DNA from: Candidatus Latescibacterota bacterium
GTDB lineage: Bacteria; Latescibacterota; UBA2968
Reading direction: 5' to 3'
Length of the DNA stretch: 64,000 bases
Assembly (NCBI GenBank): GCA_965222605.1
Contig: OZ244960.1
Location: 5,805,280 to 5,869,279 of the forward strand
In this document: piece after piece, positions 1-10,341 of the stretch
Numbering within the stretch: the first letter of the stretch is position 1
Layout of the letters: each line of letters begins with the position of its first letter
Program-made: the position numbers and the translations under genes
The notes under the pieces: model-generated
What the model was told of the DNA's origin: nothing
Seen by the model: only the letters and a program-made list of their open reading frames with translations
Database searches by the model: none

Positions 1-133
1 GCTCGGGACTTTTTTCTAACTCGGCAAAACGCACGAGCCGGTCTCGCGCCGCTTCGTATCTGGGCGAATTGACTTCGACGAGAACCGTGAGGTCGCTCTG
101 GATGATGAGGGGATTTTCTGGGTTATAGGTCAT
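1..133 (-). CDS. N-terminal fragment of an XPB/ERCC3-like DNA helicase; gene continues past the left edge
   Basis: Not in ORF track (runs off edge). Reverse-strand ATG at 131-133 reads MTYNPENPLIIQSDLTVLVEVNSPRYEAARDRLVRFAELEKSPE, resembling the conserved N-terminus of bacterial XPB homologues (PLIVQSD.T.LLEV...FAELE..PE). Only 44 codons visible. Confidence 0.4.
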   Translation of the reverse strand, partial: MTYNPENPLIIQSDLTVLVEVNSPRYEAARDRLVRFAELEKSPE

Positions 134-138
134 ATTTT

Positions 139-1827
139 TTATTCGCGCTCTACCGTCACGTAATACGCACCGGCGAGGCGATTGCCTTTCGCGTCTATCC
201 ACCACGTTTGCAAAGTCGCGGGACCACTCGACAAATCCACTGTAAATGTTACGGATAGGTCATCTGGGCGCACGTCCATTTCATGTTCAGAGCCGCCGAT
301 CTGCATCCACGCCCGATCTACGGGGAGCGCTTTTCCAGCCATCAATGTACCGTCAACGCCTTCCATCACGGGAGCCGGTGCTGTAATTGCGAGATTCGAT
401 TCTCGGGGCCAGCGCCGCAAGGTGATGTCGTATTTTCCGGACTGTGCAACCGCAAGTTGCCAGATACCGCTGTCCATCACACACCCGCGCACGCCCCCGG
501 GATTATCGCAATAAACGCCCATCCAATCGCAACTGGACAATCGCGAGGAGTTTTCTTCGTCTGTCCCGATGGAAATGGGGAAGTAAATATCGAGATTTTC
601 GCCAACCTCCTCCCACCACGCATCGTAATGCGCCCGCATATTTTGCACGACATTGGGGTGTTGGTCGGCGATGTTGTGTTCTTGTGCGGGATCGCTGTCG
701 AGGTGATACAGTTCGGTATAATCCACGAGACGCCATCGATTCCACAAAACTGCGGCATTGCCTTTGCGCGTGGTTCGATTCCCCTTTGGGACATTGTGAC
801 CGTATTGTACGACGAGCATCCGATCTTCCAATTCTTCTCGTTCGCGCAAGAGGCCGGTTAGAGAAACGCCATCACAGGCAGTGTCCTGGGGTTCGTCGAG
901 ACCGCAGAGGGAGATCAGGGTTGGCAACACATCTGTACCGTGCGTGGGATCGGGTATATCACGGGGGTCTCCCAACTGCCCTTTGGGCCAGCGAATAAAG
1001 AACGGAACGCGGTGACCGCCTTCATAGAGCGTGGTCTTTTTTCCGCGCATGCCGGCGTTGTACACCGTTTCTCCGTTTGCCGTCCCATTATCGGTCATAA
1101 AAATCAAAATGGTATTGTCGCGCAGTCCGGTTTTGCAGAGAAAGTCGTCGAGTTTGCCCATGTTTTCGTCGATATTGGCAATCATTCCGTAAAAACTGGC
1201 GACATTATATGCGACATGCTCGAGATAGGGCTGGCGGTATTTGTCGGGAACCCACAGCGGGGTATGGGGTGCGTTGGTAGCGATGTAAGCAAAAAACGGC
1301 GCGTCGCCCTGTTTCTCGATCCAGTTCATAGCTTCGTCAAACCACACATCTGTGCAATACCCTTCAAAAGCTTTAATTGTTCCATTGTGCCGATAGTAGT
1401 CGTCGAAATAGTCATTTCCAAAATAATCCGCAGCGGATGTAATTCCCCAGGCGGGATGGTGAATCGTTTCGTGAAAACCCCTATCCTGTGGGCGGTAGGG
1501 ATAATTGTCGCCGAGGTGCCATTTGCCAAAATGCCCCGTGCGATAGCCATTCATGGCGAAAATATCCGCCATGGTCGGCAATTCGGGATTCATCAACGAC
1601 CGCCCCATGCACACAAATGTGGCGCCATTTCGGAGCGCGTCTTGGCCTGTCAACAATTCGCCGCGCGTTGGCGTACACATGGGTGCGACGTGGAAATCTG
1701 TGAATCGGATGCTCTCGTCGTGTAATACATCTAAATTCGGTGTTTTAATGATCGGATTGCCATGGCAAGCGAGATCGCCATAGCCCTGATCATCGGTGAG
1801 AACAAAAACCACATTGGGTTTGTTCAT
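139..1827 (-). CDS. Cys-type sulfatase (arylsulfatase family)
   Basis: 562 aa; VFVLTDDQGYGDL metal-site motif and formylglycine signature CTPTRGELLTG (C-x-P-x-R). Confidence 0.9.
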   Translation of the reverse strand: MNKPNVVFVLTDDQGYGDLACHGNPIIKTPNLDVLHDESIRFTDFHVAPMCTPTRGELLTGQDALRNGATFVCMGRSLMNPELPTMADIFAMNGYRTGHFGKWHLGDNYPYRPQDRGFHETIHHPAWGITSAADYFGNDYFDDYYRHNGTIKAFEGYCTDVWFDEAMNWIEKQGDAPFFAYIATNAPHTPLWVPDKYRQPYLEHVAYNVASFYGMIANIDENMGKLDDFLCKTGLRDNTILIFMTDNGTANGETVYNAGMRGKKTTLYEGGHRVPFFIRWPKGQLGDPRDIPDPTHGTDVLPTLISLCGLDEPQDTACDGVSLTGLLREREELEDRMLVVQYGHNVPKGNRTTRKGNAAVLWNRWRLVDYTELYHLDSDPAQEHNIADQHPNVVQNMRAHYDAWWEEVGENLDIYFPISIGTDEENSSRLSSCDWMGVYCDNPGGVRGCVMDSGIWQLAVAQSGKYDITLRRWPRESNLAITAPAPVMEGVDGTLMAGKALPVDRAWMQIGGSEHEMDVRPDDLSVTFTVDLSSGPATLQTWWIDAKGNRLAGAYYVTVERE

Positions 1828-1843
1828 ATCCTCTCCAGAAATA

Positions 1844-2857
1844 TCATTTGTCTTGAAAAAACGCGCGGTTGATTGTAAAAGATTTGGCGACGAGATCTAC
1901 CCGTCTCAAGATGGGAGCCTTTTTTTTATTGGGCGCGTAGAGTCCTATATCGATAAAGAAAAGTCGGTTGAGATCGACATCGACAAAAGCATAGCTTTTG
2001 AAGGGACCACCTTTCCACTCGGCTTCGTTTTCCCAAAGGCCCTGAAGTACTACGGCGAGTTTGCCCGCAAATTCGACCTGCCGAACAGTAACTTCGCCCA
2101 GGACAATGCGGTCGCCGCCAAACCACTGCCCCATGATGTCGTCGCGCTTTTGAATAACCCAGTCTTCGGTGAGTTGATCGGGGTGTACATCGTCTTCCCA
2201 ATAAACGGAAAGCCAGCGGTTGGGGTTGTCTCTGGCGAGTACGATAAAGTTGGGATAGGTTTCGAGGATGCGATAGCCAAAGGGCACACGCACATTCCAA
2301 CCATAGGTCTCGGCGAGTTCCTGGGTGACATCTTTGCGTTCGCCAAAGCTGTAAACATTTTCTCGCACACTGTGATCAACGGCATTTTCCAGAGTGCTAT
2401 ACAAACGATCAGATTCCACATAGAGGTTTTCAACGGTGGTCTCTATATCTTTTCCCGATACGATATAGAGGGTTTGATCTTTGGCCCACACGTCTTCTTT
2501 CCAGGTTACACCCGCGCGACCGTCCAAAATGGTTTGTTGCACTTCGGGGCTGAGTATTTCTTTGACGAATTGCGCGGTGGGGTGATTGGCATTGAGGGGC
2601 GCGATAACCATGAGGCTTTTGCGCTGGTCGTGTTTGTGTGCCCTGAGGAAATTGACATCGCCCTGTGCAATTTCATAAACGCGTTCGGCCTGGGGCGTAT
2701 AGATAACGGTTTCAAAAATTTCGCGGAGGGGGTCTTCCAGGGTTTGCCAATCGGTGGAATCGGCCAATACGATGATTTTGCGAGCAGGACCGAGGGATTC
2801 GGGTAAGTGGTCGCCACATCCGATGCACAAGAGGAAAAAAAATAGAAAAAGGCGCAT
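1844..2857 (-). CDS. Lipoprotein of unknown function (DUF4837-like by eye)
   Basis: ORF track 1844-3010 overlaps alr; internal Met at 2857 begins MRLFLFFFLLCIGCG (lipoprotein signal plus lipobox Cys). Confidence 0.6.
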   Translation of the reverse strand: MRLFLFFFLLCIGCGDHLPESLGPARKIIVLADSTDWQTLEDPLREIFETVIYTPQAERVYEIAQGDVNFLRAHKHDQRKSLMVIAPLNANHPTAQFVKEILSPEVQQTILDGRAGVTWKEDVWAKDQTLYIVSGKDIETTVENLYVESDRLYSTLENAVDHSVRENVYSFGERKDVTQELAETYGWNVRVPFGYRILETYPNFIVLARDNPNRWLSVYWEDDVHPDQLTEDWVIQKRDDIMGQWFGGDRIVLGEVTVRQVEFAGKLAVVLQGLWENEAEWKGGPFKSYAFVDVDLNRLFFIDIGLYAPNKKKAPILRRVDLVAKSFTINRAFFQDK

Positions 2858-2937
2858 AACAATATCGAAAAAAAGGTGGTTGAGTATAACAAAAAATAAA
2901 GATAACAGGATTTGGAGACAGAAACAATGTTCAAGTT

Positions 2938-4053
2938 TTACGGAATATAGTGCCGGGGAAGACGCGCGCCGAGCAGAGAAACAACTTCGTGTGAAATACA
3001 ATTTCCCCATTGGGCGAGGTCGTTCACGGTGATTTTGCGGTTACCCTGTTGTCCGAGGAGGACGACTTCTTCGCCGACGGAAACGGGCGGTATATCGGTG
3101 ACATCGATCATGATGATGTCCATGCAGATTGCACCGACAACCGGGCAGGGTTTTCCGCAGATGAGGACATGGGATTTATTGGACATGCGGCGGTTGTAGC
3201 CATCGGCATACCCCAGGGGCGCAAGGGCGATGCGAGAGGGGCGCGCGAGTGTGTATGTGCCGCCGTAACTGAGGGTTTGGCCGGTAGAAAAATTTCGCAC
3301 TTGCGCGATCCTCGCTTTGATGGTTAGCGCGGGAGAAAGCGAGAGCACGCCTACACCTTGCGTGGGGGGAATGCCATAGGTGAGCAATCCCACGCGCACG
3401 AGATCAAAATGCGATTCGGGCATGTGAACGGTCATGGCGCTGTTGGCGGCGTGGCGCCAGGGAACCGAAATGTCTGTGAGTTTGGACAGGCATGAGGCAA
3501 ATGTTTTTATTTGATGGCGCGCCTTGTCCATGTCTTCTGCGCGTTCCCATGCCACATGTGTTGTGATACCCTCGAGGAATAAGTAGGGATTTTCGGCGAT
3601 TTTTTTTACAAAGGCGGGGACCTCGTCGGATAATAGGCCAAGGCGCCCCATGCCGGTATCGACTTTGAGATGTATGCGGGCGCGTGTATTGTGGCACTTG
3701 GCCGCGGCTTCCAGCGGTGGTATCGCGGCGGGATGACCGATGGTTTGAGACAGGTTGTGGGCAACGATGCTGTCGGCCTGTTCGGGCATGGTGGGGGCGA
3801 GTACGACAACTGGCGCTGTGATGCCCGCACTGCGAAGGGCAACGCCTTCTTGTAGCAGGGCAACGCCGAGTGCAGATGCGCCGCCTTTTATGGCTGCTTT
3901 TGCAGCGGGTATGAGACCATGGCCGTAGGCATTGGCTTTGACAATGGCCATGACCTGCGTTGTTGGCGAGACGAAATGGCGGACTGCGGAAATATTGTTC
4001 GCAATGGCCGATAGATTTACTTCGAGCCATGCGGGTCGGTCGGGTTGGGGCAT
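2938..4053 (-). CDS. alr: Alanine racemase
   Basis: 371 aa; PLP-lysine motif AIVKANAYGHG near N-terminus; length typical. Confidence 0.92.
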   Translation of the reverse strand: MPQPDRPAWLEVNLSAIANNISAVRHFVSPTTQVMAIVKANAYGHGLIPAAKAAIKGGASALGVALLQEGVALRSAGITAPVVVLAPTMPEQADSIVAHNLSQTIGHPAAIPPLEAAAKCHNTRARIHLKVDTGMGRLGLLSDEVPAFVKKIAENPYLFLEGITTHVAWERAEDMDKARHQIKTFASCLSKLTDISVPWRHAANSAMTVHMPESHFDLVRVGLLTYGIPPTQGVGVLSLSPALTIKARIAQVRNFSTGQTLSYGGTYTLARPSRIALAPLGYADGYNRRMSNKSHVLICGKPCPVVGAICMDIIMIDVTDIPPVSVGEEVVLLGQQGNRKITVNDLAQWGNCISHEVVSLLGARLPRHYIP

Positions 4054-7000
4054 TTAGTAGAGTACCTCAAAGCGCGATCCCAGATCGGGATATTTGGTGA
4101 CTTCGATGCGTACGGGAAATGCCTGTTTGAGCGATTCAATGTGGGTAATGACCAAAATTTTTTCAAAATCCCCGCTGATGGCCTGTATGGCTTCCACAAG
4201 GTGGTCGAGTCCTTCGGCATCCTGGGTGCCAAAGCCCTCGTCAATGACCAGGGTTCGCAGGCGCGTGCCCGTGCGGCGGGCAAGGAGTTTGGACAGGGCA
4301 ATGCGGATAGAAAAGTCAATGCGAAAAGCTTCTCCACCCGAATAGAGTTCGTAGCTGCGTTCGCCGAGTTCGTCGCTAATTTTAATGTCGAGGGTTTCGC
4401 GCGTTCCCCCGGTTTTGAGATCCCGCAGAGATTCCAGGGCGATTTGGGTGCGGTTGTCTGTCAGGCGCGCGAGAATGCGATTGGCTTCTTCTTCGATTTC
4501 TGGAATGGCTTGTTCGATGATGAGTGCCTGAATGCCGTCTTTGCCAAATGCGGTGGTCAGTTCGCGGTAGATGCGGATATCGCGTTCGCAGGATTTGATT
4601 TTTTCTTTAACTGCGTTTTGTTCTGCGCTGAGTGCATCGCAGTGTTCAATTTGAGATTGCAGAGCGGCATTTTTTTGTAGCAGGCTGTCGCGTTGGGCAC
4701 GCATCTGTGCAATATTTTTTTCCAGAGTATTGGCTTCTTCAAGGGTTGATTCGGCGCGGTTGATGGCTGCGGCGATTTCTGTCAGGCGTTGCCGCGCTTG
4801 CTCGTTGCGCTCTGTGAGTTCCGAGAGGCGTTTTTGGGCGGTTTTGAGTTGCGTTTGTGCATTTTCGAGGTCGCGTTCGGCTACTTGAAGGCGTTCGTAT
4901 TGTGCTGGGGCATCTTGCAGGGCGGCGAGTTGCTGAGAGATGCGCTGGTGGTGTTCGGCATTGTAATTCAGGGTGTGGATACGATGGCGCACCTGTTCGC
5001 GTTCTGCCCGTTCATTGGGCGCGTATTTGGCTTCGTCCAGCCATTGTTGTGCGAGGTCGCGTTTTTTGCGAAATGTGGGCAATTCCACGAGGATTTTTTC
5101 TTTTCGTTCTTCGGCGAGTTGGAGTTGGGCATTTTGCGCTTCAACAGAATCGAGTGCTTTGAGTTTTTCGCGCAGGGTGCGGTGTTCGGCCGGGTTATAG
5201 CTCAGGTTTTCAAGCGCACTGCGGGCCTGGGATAGGGCACGTGCATCCGGGCTGTTCTGGGTTTGTTCGCGCAATTGGATTTTAAGGGCGCTGATTTCAG
5301 CCGACAATGACTCGCGGGTTTGCACGGCATTTTCGGCTTCTTTTAGTGCGGCTTCGGCTTCGGCGAGGCGTTGGGCGATGCCTTCGCGCTGTGCGAGTTG
5401 ATTTTTAATCTCTTGATAGCGATGTCTGTGTTGTTCGCGTTCTGCTTCGGCTTTTTGAATATCCGATTCCAATTTTGTGGTCAACGTCTGTTGTTCTCGC
5501 AACTGGTTTGAGAGTTTTGCAGCTACTTCTTCGCGGTGGGTCTGGTCGAGTTCGCTGCCGCACAGGGGACACGAAGCGTCCTGAACATTTTGCAGAATTT
5601 GCTGCTGTTGGGCGATGTCTTCACGGGTTTGGCGCAGGGTGTTGAGGCGATCGAGATCGTTTTCGATCTGAATTTTGAGGGCACTGCCTTTATTGCGAAT
5701 CCCATCGCGTTCTGCTTCGAGGGATTGGATTTCTTCGGCTTGTGCGCGGAGAGATTGCCGCGTTTCTCTGCGCGCTTCATCGTCGGCTATCAGTACATCG
5801 GTTTGCTGTCTGTGATGTGTGCGGGTGTTGATATCTACTTTTATATTTTCAACAGCACTATCTATTTGTCGCTCGAGGTCTCGAATATTGCGTTCAATGC
5901 GCTCTCGGTTTTCGCGTATGTCTTCCCATTCGCGGTCCTGTTGCCTGGCTTTGTGCAATGCTTCGACCTGGGTTTGAATGGTTTGGCGATCGGATAGAAG
6001 TACTTCTGTTTCTCGCAATGAGCGTTCTGCATCCCCAATGCGTATTTGCCATTCGCCGAGGCGGCGTTCCACTTCGTGACGCTGGTCGGCGATTTTTTGA
6101 TCGAGTTCTCCTGCGCGTTTTTCAAGCGGTCTCAAGGCGTGTAGTTTTTTTTGCAGGTCTGCGTCTTCTTGTTGGAGTGTCCGATATTTTTCGGCGGCGT
6201 TTGTGACTTCGGCGCTTCTGTCGAGGATTTCGCGATAGGCCGACACGTCTTGCCGCGCTTTTTCACATGTGGTTTGTTGTTCCCGCATGTCCGATTCGAT
6301 GCGGGATACATCCTTTTGAAGGGCCTCGCTCTCGGCTTCATGGCGTTCGCGTTGGGTGCGTATTTTTCTCAGTGCTTCGCGGCGATTTTCCGCGCTTTCC
6401 AATTCGCTATTGCAGGTATGGAGTTGTGCGTTGACGCTATCGCGCTGTGCTACAAATTCATCGCGTTTTTCAATGGTTTGCGCAATGTCATCTCTTTTTG
6501 CGCGAGCAGTTGCAAGTTCTATATCTCTCTTGCGCGCGTGTTCTCGCGCAAGAGAAGACAGGTCGTCGTAATGCGATAAACCGAGAATGTCTGAGAGGAG
6601 GGCTTTTCGCTGGCTCGCTTTGCAGCGCGTAAATTCGTCTGCGCGACCCTGAAGCAGAAAGGCCGAGTTGATAAAGGTCTCGTATGTCATTCGCAACAGG
6701 GTATCGATGCTGGCCTGTGTTTGGCGTATAGCACTTTCTTCCGAGAGGGTTTTGTATGCGTTCGTTTCTGGGGAGTAAATTTGAAATTCGAGACGAGTGG
6801 TCGCGCTTTTGCCAGTTTTGCGAAAGCTGCGGCTGATGCGATAGCGGTCATTTTCGAGGAAAAATTCAAAATCGACCCGCATTTCAGTGGCGCCAATCCG
6901 CAGCAGACCGTCGCTGGGACGACGTTCACTGCCGGATTTGCGGGCTTCTCCCCACAGTGCCCAGGTGATGGCATCGAGCAGGGCAGATTTGCCGTGCCCA

Positions 7001-7104
7001 TTGCGTCCAGATATACAGGCGACGTGAAAGCCCGAAAAGTCGAGCGGGGGCACGTTTTCGCCATAGCTGAGGAAGTTCTGGAGGGAAAGGCTTATGGGAA
7101 TCAT
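4054..7104 (-). CDS. sbcC: SbcC/Rad50-family DNA repair ATPase
   Basis: 1016 aa; Walker A GRNGHGKSALLDAI, long coiled coil with zinc hook CPLCGS, ABC signature YSGGE, Walker B LVIDEGFG; overlaps sbcD stop by 4 nt. Confidence 0.9.
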   Translation of the reverse strand: MIPISLSLQNFLSYGENVPPLDFSGFHVACISGRNGHGKSALLDAITWALWGEARKSGSERRPSDGLLRIGATEMRVDFEFFLENDRYRISRSFRKTGKSATTRLEFQIYSPETNAYKTLSEESAIRQTQASIDTLLRMTYETFINSAFLLQGRADEFTRCKASQRKALLSDILGLSHYDDLSSLAREHARKRDIELATARAKRDDIAQTIEKRDEFVAQRDSVNAQLHTCNSELESAENRREALRKIRTQRERHEAESEALQKDVSRIESDMREQQTTCEKARQDVSAYREILDRSAEVTNAAEKYRTLQQEDADLQKKLHALRPLEKRAGELDQKIADQRHEVERRLGEWQIRIGDAERSLRETEVLLSDRQTIQTQVEALHKARQQDREWEDIRENRERIERNIRDLERQIDSAVENIKVDINTRTHHRQQTDVLIADDEARRETRQSLRAQAEEIQSLEAERDGIRNKGSALKIQIENDLDRLNTLRQTREDIAQQQQILQNVQDASCPLCGSELDQTHREEVAAKLSNQLREQQTLTTKLESDIQKAEAEREQHRHRYQEIKNQLAQREGIAQRLAEAEAALKEAENAVQTRESLSAEISALKIQLREQTQNSPDARALSQARSALENLSYNPAEHRTLREKLKALDSVEAQNAQLQLAEERKEKILVELPTFRKKRDLAQQWLDEAKYAPNERAEREQVRHRIHTLNYNAEHHQRISQQLAALQDAPAQYERLQVAERDLENAQTQLKTAQKRLSELTERNEQARQRLTEIAAAINRAESTLEEANTLEKNIAQMRAQRDSLLQKNAALQSQIEHCDALSAEQNAVKEKIKSCERDIRIYRELTTAFGKDGIQALIIEQAIPEIEEEANRILARLTDNRTQIALESLRDLKTGGTRETLDIKISDELGERSYELYSGGEAFRIDFSIRIALSKLLARRTGTRLRTLVIDEGFGTQDAEGLDHLVEAIQAISGDFEKILVITHIESLKQAFPVRIEVTKYPDLGSRFEVLY

Positions 7105-8342
7105 TCGCTACCTCTGAGTTCGGCTTCGAGTCGCGCGCCGTAATTCTGAAGGTCTTTTTCCATTTCTTTGAGGTCGGGGTGGTTTTGCAAGTATGCGTGG
7201 AGCGCGTCTTTGATGCCCATATCTTCTGAAATGCTGGCTCTGCGCTGCTGTTTTTGGACTCTGGGCTTGGGCGCAATGCTGGCGATCATGAACGCGTCTT
7301 CGAGCGCGTTTTTGACGGCTTTGAGGTCAACGGTATCTGTGTGGTCGCCGGGCAAATCGTAGATGACGCGCACAATAGCATCGGTCAGGGTGTGTTTGTC
7401 GATGGCTTCGAGTATGGCTGTTGTAGGGTCCTGATCTGGGGCGATATCAACCGATATCGTGGAAAAGGGACGGGCCGGTGTGCGTACAAATTTGTAAGAT
7501 GTCGTCCTGCCTGTCTCCTGAGTCTCAATTGTGACCATGACGACGCCTTTGGTTTCTCGCTCTTCGCCAAAATCAATGCGTTCAATGCTGCCGGAATACA
7601 CGACAGGGGGTTGAGCATTGGGGTTGAGGTCCTGAAATTTGTGGATGTGGCCCAGGGCGATGTAGTCAAAGGCGAGATTGGCGAGTGTGCTGGTGAGAAA
7701 AACGGGATCTCGCCCAATTATTGCGGTTTGTTCAGAGCCGGATAAGGTGGCGTCGGCAGCGGCGAGATGGCCCACGAGAACGGAGGGGATAGCGGGATTG
7801 ACCTGTGCGGACAGACGGTCAATCAGGAGGGCACCCAGGTCTTGAAGTTTTTCGACAACTTCTTCTTGCGACAGGTTGTGATAGGGCCCCTGGGTTAACA
7901 GGCGGCTGCGGTGCAGCCAGGGCAAGCAGGCAACTTGAATGGGGCCAGATTTTGTGTCAATGTCGATGAGGCGGTCTCCAGAGGCAATATAGACGCCTTT
8001 AGTGCCCAATGTGCCAAAGATGTCAACAGATGAGGCTTTGCCATAAGATACGGGGCTGTCGTGGTTGCCGGTGATCATGACGATGGGTATGTCGCGGGCG
8101 CTGAGCATGTGAATGAGGGATGCAAATTCGCGCTGGTGCGTGGGCGTGGGATCGCATGAGCGATAGGCGTCACCGGCGAAGAGGACGAGATCGACCTCTT
8201 CTTTCAGTGCTTCTTCAAACGCAAACCGAAGGCTTTTGATAAAGTCTTGCAAGCGCGTGTGAAGGCCCGTGCCCGAATCGAGACGGCCGTAATTTTCAAC
8301 GCCAATATGGGTGTCAGCAACGTGTAGAAATTTGATGGACAT
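7101..8342 (-). CDS. sbcD: SbcD/Mre11-family nuclease
   Basis: Start moved to MSIKFLHVADTHIG (Met29 of track ORF); phosphoesterase motifs DTH, GDAYR, GNHD, GH present. Confidence 0.9.
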   Translation of the reverse strand: MSIKFLHVADTHIGVENYGRLDSGTGLHTRLQDFIKSLRFAFEEALKEEVDLVLFAGDAYRSCDPTPTHQREFASLIHMLSARDIPIVMITGNHDSPVSYGKASSVDIFGTLGTKGVYIASGDRLIDIDTKSGPIQVACLPWLHRSRLLTQGPYHNLSQEEVVEKLQDLGALLIDRLSAQVNPAIPSVLVGHLAAADATLSGSEQTAIIGRDPVFLTSTLANLAFDYIALGHIHKFQDLNPNAQPPVVYSGSIERIDFGEERETKGVVMVTIETQETGRTTSYKFVRTPARPFSTISVDIAPDQDPTTAILEAIDKHTLTDAIVRVIYDLPGDHTDTVDLKAVKNALEDAFMIASIAPKPRVQKQQRRASISEDMGIKDALHAYLQNHPDLKEMEKDLQNYGARLEAELRGSE

Positions 8343-8425
8343 GGTAGATAGGTTATTATGGGGAGGAAGAAGGTAGGGGAAATTTAAGGAAGAAATAGGA
8401 AGGTGAAAAGAGCAAAGTGCTACCA

Positions 8426-10243
8426 CTACGGTCTTACCTCTGGCGAGAGTTTTACTTTAATCTGCAGAGTTGTGACGTCTGTAAAGTGAATCGCCAGTTT
8501 TCTGCGGCCTGTGTTATCGGCTTGTTTGGGATTGGGGGAGGTGGGCAAGGGGGTTGCGTCGAGAACTGTGAATACGGCTTCTGATGGTGATAAAATTTCC
8601 GCTTTGAGATGCTTGCCCCTGCGCGTTAGAAGGGCGGTTTGACCGTCGAGTTTGACGCTGGCTCTCGTGTGCATAAACCACCAGAGTTCAGACGGAGATT
8701 TGGCTTCAATGTCGTCGGTAATCACGACATGATTTTGGTCTATCATCTCAAAGGTGCGCTGTGCGCGCGTTGCATCATCGGCATAAACGTCGGTGAGGTC
8801 GAGAATAGCCGTCGCGTGATTGGCCTCGGATTTGAAGGATGTGATGGGGCATTTGGCTTTGGGATTCTGATCCGGGCCATTGCCGGGGTTGAACACGAGG
8901 GTGTTGTGCCCTTCGGCGCGGATGCGATAAAATTCCCACCGTTGGCGTTTGTTGCGATGTCTTTGATAGGTTTCGCGTTCCGTGCCCGAGTCGATAGCCC
9001 ATCGCTCGCCAAGTGCTTCAAGGATGAATGTGCCTTGATCGAGGTGCCGGTGCATGCCCAGATTGTAATTGCCGCCAGCCTGAATGCCCAGGACCAGCGC
9101 ATTGGGGTCGGTCCACGATGTGCGGAGAGTGGCAACATCAGCTTTGCGAAAGTGTTTGTTGAGGGGGAGGGTGCTCGGATCAAAGTCTTTTGCGCGGTCA
9201 TCGAACCACAGCAAGTCGAGCACAGTTCCCCTGCCGTATTGTCTGAGCGTATCGTAGCGAAACCAACTGTAGTGTTGTATGTCGTAGTGCTTGCCCATCC
9301 AGAAGTGCATGGGGGAACTCACGCGCCGAAACCCGCAATCGGCAAAGTCAAAACTGTAGCGATCTGCCCCCGAAATGTAAATCTGATAATCTCCGCTTTC
9401 TTTGAACCCGGGGGTGGCTGCGAGATCAAAATCTGTGCCGAGTGCGCTGAACAGGCTGGACAAAAAGAGCACGTTGTAACGCGCACCATAATCCCAATAG
9501 GTGACGCCTTCGATACCCGCGCCATCCGGGGCGTAAAAATGCATCGCCAGAGGAATGCTTTTGACGCCCGCGTGGAGAATTTCGCCGGCGAGTTCTGGTT
9601 CTTCATCGGCTATGACGAGCGCGCCCATGCCAAGTCCGCCGTTGCAGACCTGGTTCCAATTGTTGTGATTGCGCGTCCACCAGGCGTTTTCGCGATAGGC
9701 CATCAAGCCGGGTTTGAGACCCTTTTCCGCTATGGCTGTGCGAAGCACGCGCCGCTGCTCTTCTGTCCAATGGTTATACAACCAGTCGTATCCAACGGCA
9801 AAGGCATAAGTCATTTCTGCGGTGTCGAGAAAGTGATCGGGATTCCAATCTTTGAATTGCGCTGCGGCTTCGAGTTCGGCCCAGGCGCGTTCCAAATGGC
9901 GTTGTTCGCCCTCCATGAGATAGAGAAAGGCGAGTTGTCGCACCCGCTCTTTCACGCGGCGGCTGGTGGAGAGCAACCGCCTTCCATCCGGGATGCTGTA
10001 TTCCGAAGGTTTTTGCGTGAGTATTTTCTGGGTTTCTCGCTTGATCCTGCGATAGATTTTTGCGGCAACAGTGTCCTGGGCAATTTGTTTTTTGATGCGT
10101 ACGAGGGTGTTTGCATCCATCATCAGGCGCGGGTGGCCAGGTTTTAAGGTCATTAGAATCTGATCCCTATCCGGAGGGGTGAATGCTTCTGCGTGAGTTT
10201 GGATACTCAGTGCGAGGATGATTATTGAAATGATTGATTTCAT
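8426..10243 (-). CDS. Heparinase II/III-like (polysaccharide lyase-like) secreted protein
   Basis: Start at MKSIISIIILALSIQTHA (signal peptide); motifs NHNNWNQVCNGG and HRHLDQGTFILEALGERWAIDSG typical of heparinase II/III-like proteins. Confidence 0.75.
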   Translation of the reverse strand: MKSIISIIILALSIQTHAEAFTPPDRDQILMTLKPGHPRLMMDANTLVRIKKQIAQDTVAAKIYRRIKRETQKILTQKPSEYSIPDGRRLLSTSRRVKERVRQLAFLYLMEGEQRHLERAWAELEAAAQFKDWNPDHFLDTAEMTYAFAVGYDWLYNHWTEEQRRVLRTAIAEKGLKPGLMAYRENAWWTRNHNNWNQVCNGGLGMGALVIADEEPELAGEILHAGVKSIPLAMHFYAPDGAGIEGVTYWDYGARYNVLFLSSLFSALGTDFDLAATPGFKESGDYQIYISGADRYSFDFADCGFRRVSSPMHFWMGKHYDIQHYSWFRYDTLRQYGRGTVLDLLWFDDRAKDFDPSTLPLNKHFRKADVATLRTSWTDPNALVLGIQAGGNYNLGMHRHLDQGTFILEALGERWAIDSGTERETYQRHRNKRQRWEFYRIRAEGHNTLVFNPGNGPDQNPKAKCPITSFKSEANHATAILDLTDVYADDATRAQRTFEMIDQNHVVITDDIEAKSPSELWWFMHTRASVKLDGQTALLTRRGKHLKAEILSPSEAVFTVLDATPLPTSPNPKQADNTGRRKLAIHFTDVTTLQIKVKLSPEVRP

Positions 10244-10341
10244 GATGCCTTTTATTTTTAACAACAACGAGTTCGCCCAGTCTCCACTGAGCGAACTCGT
10301 TTGGTTATGATCTGAGATTTTCACAGGTATCTCATTTGTCT

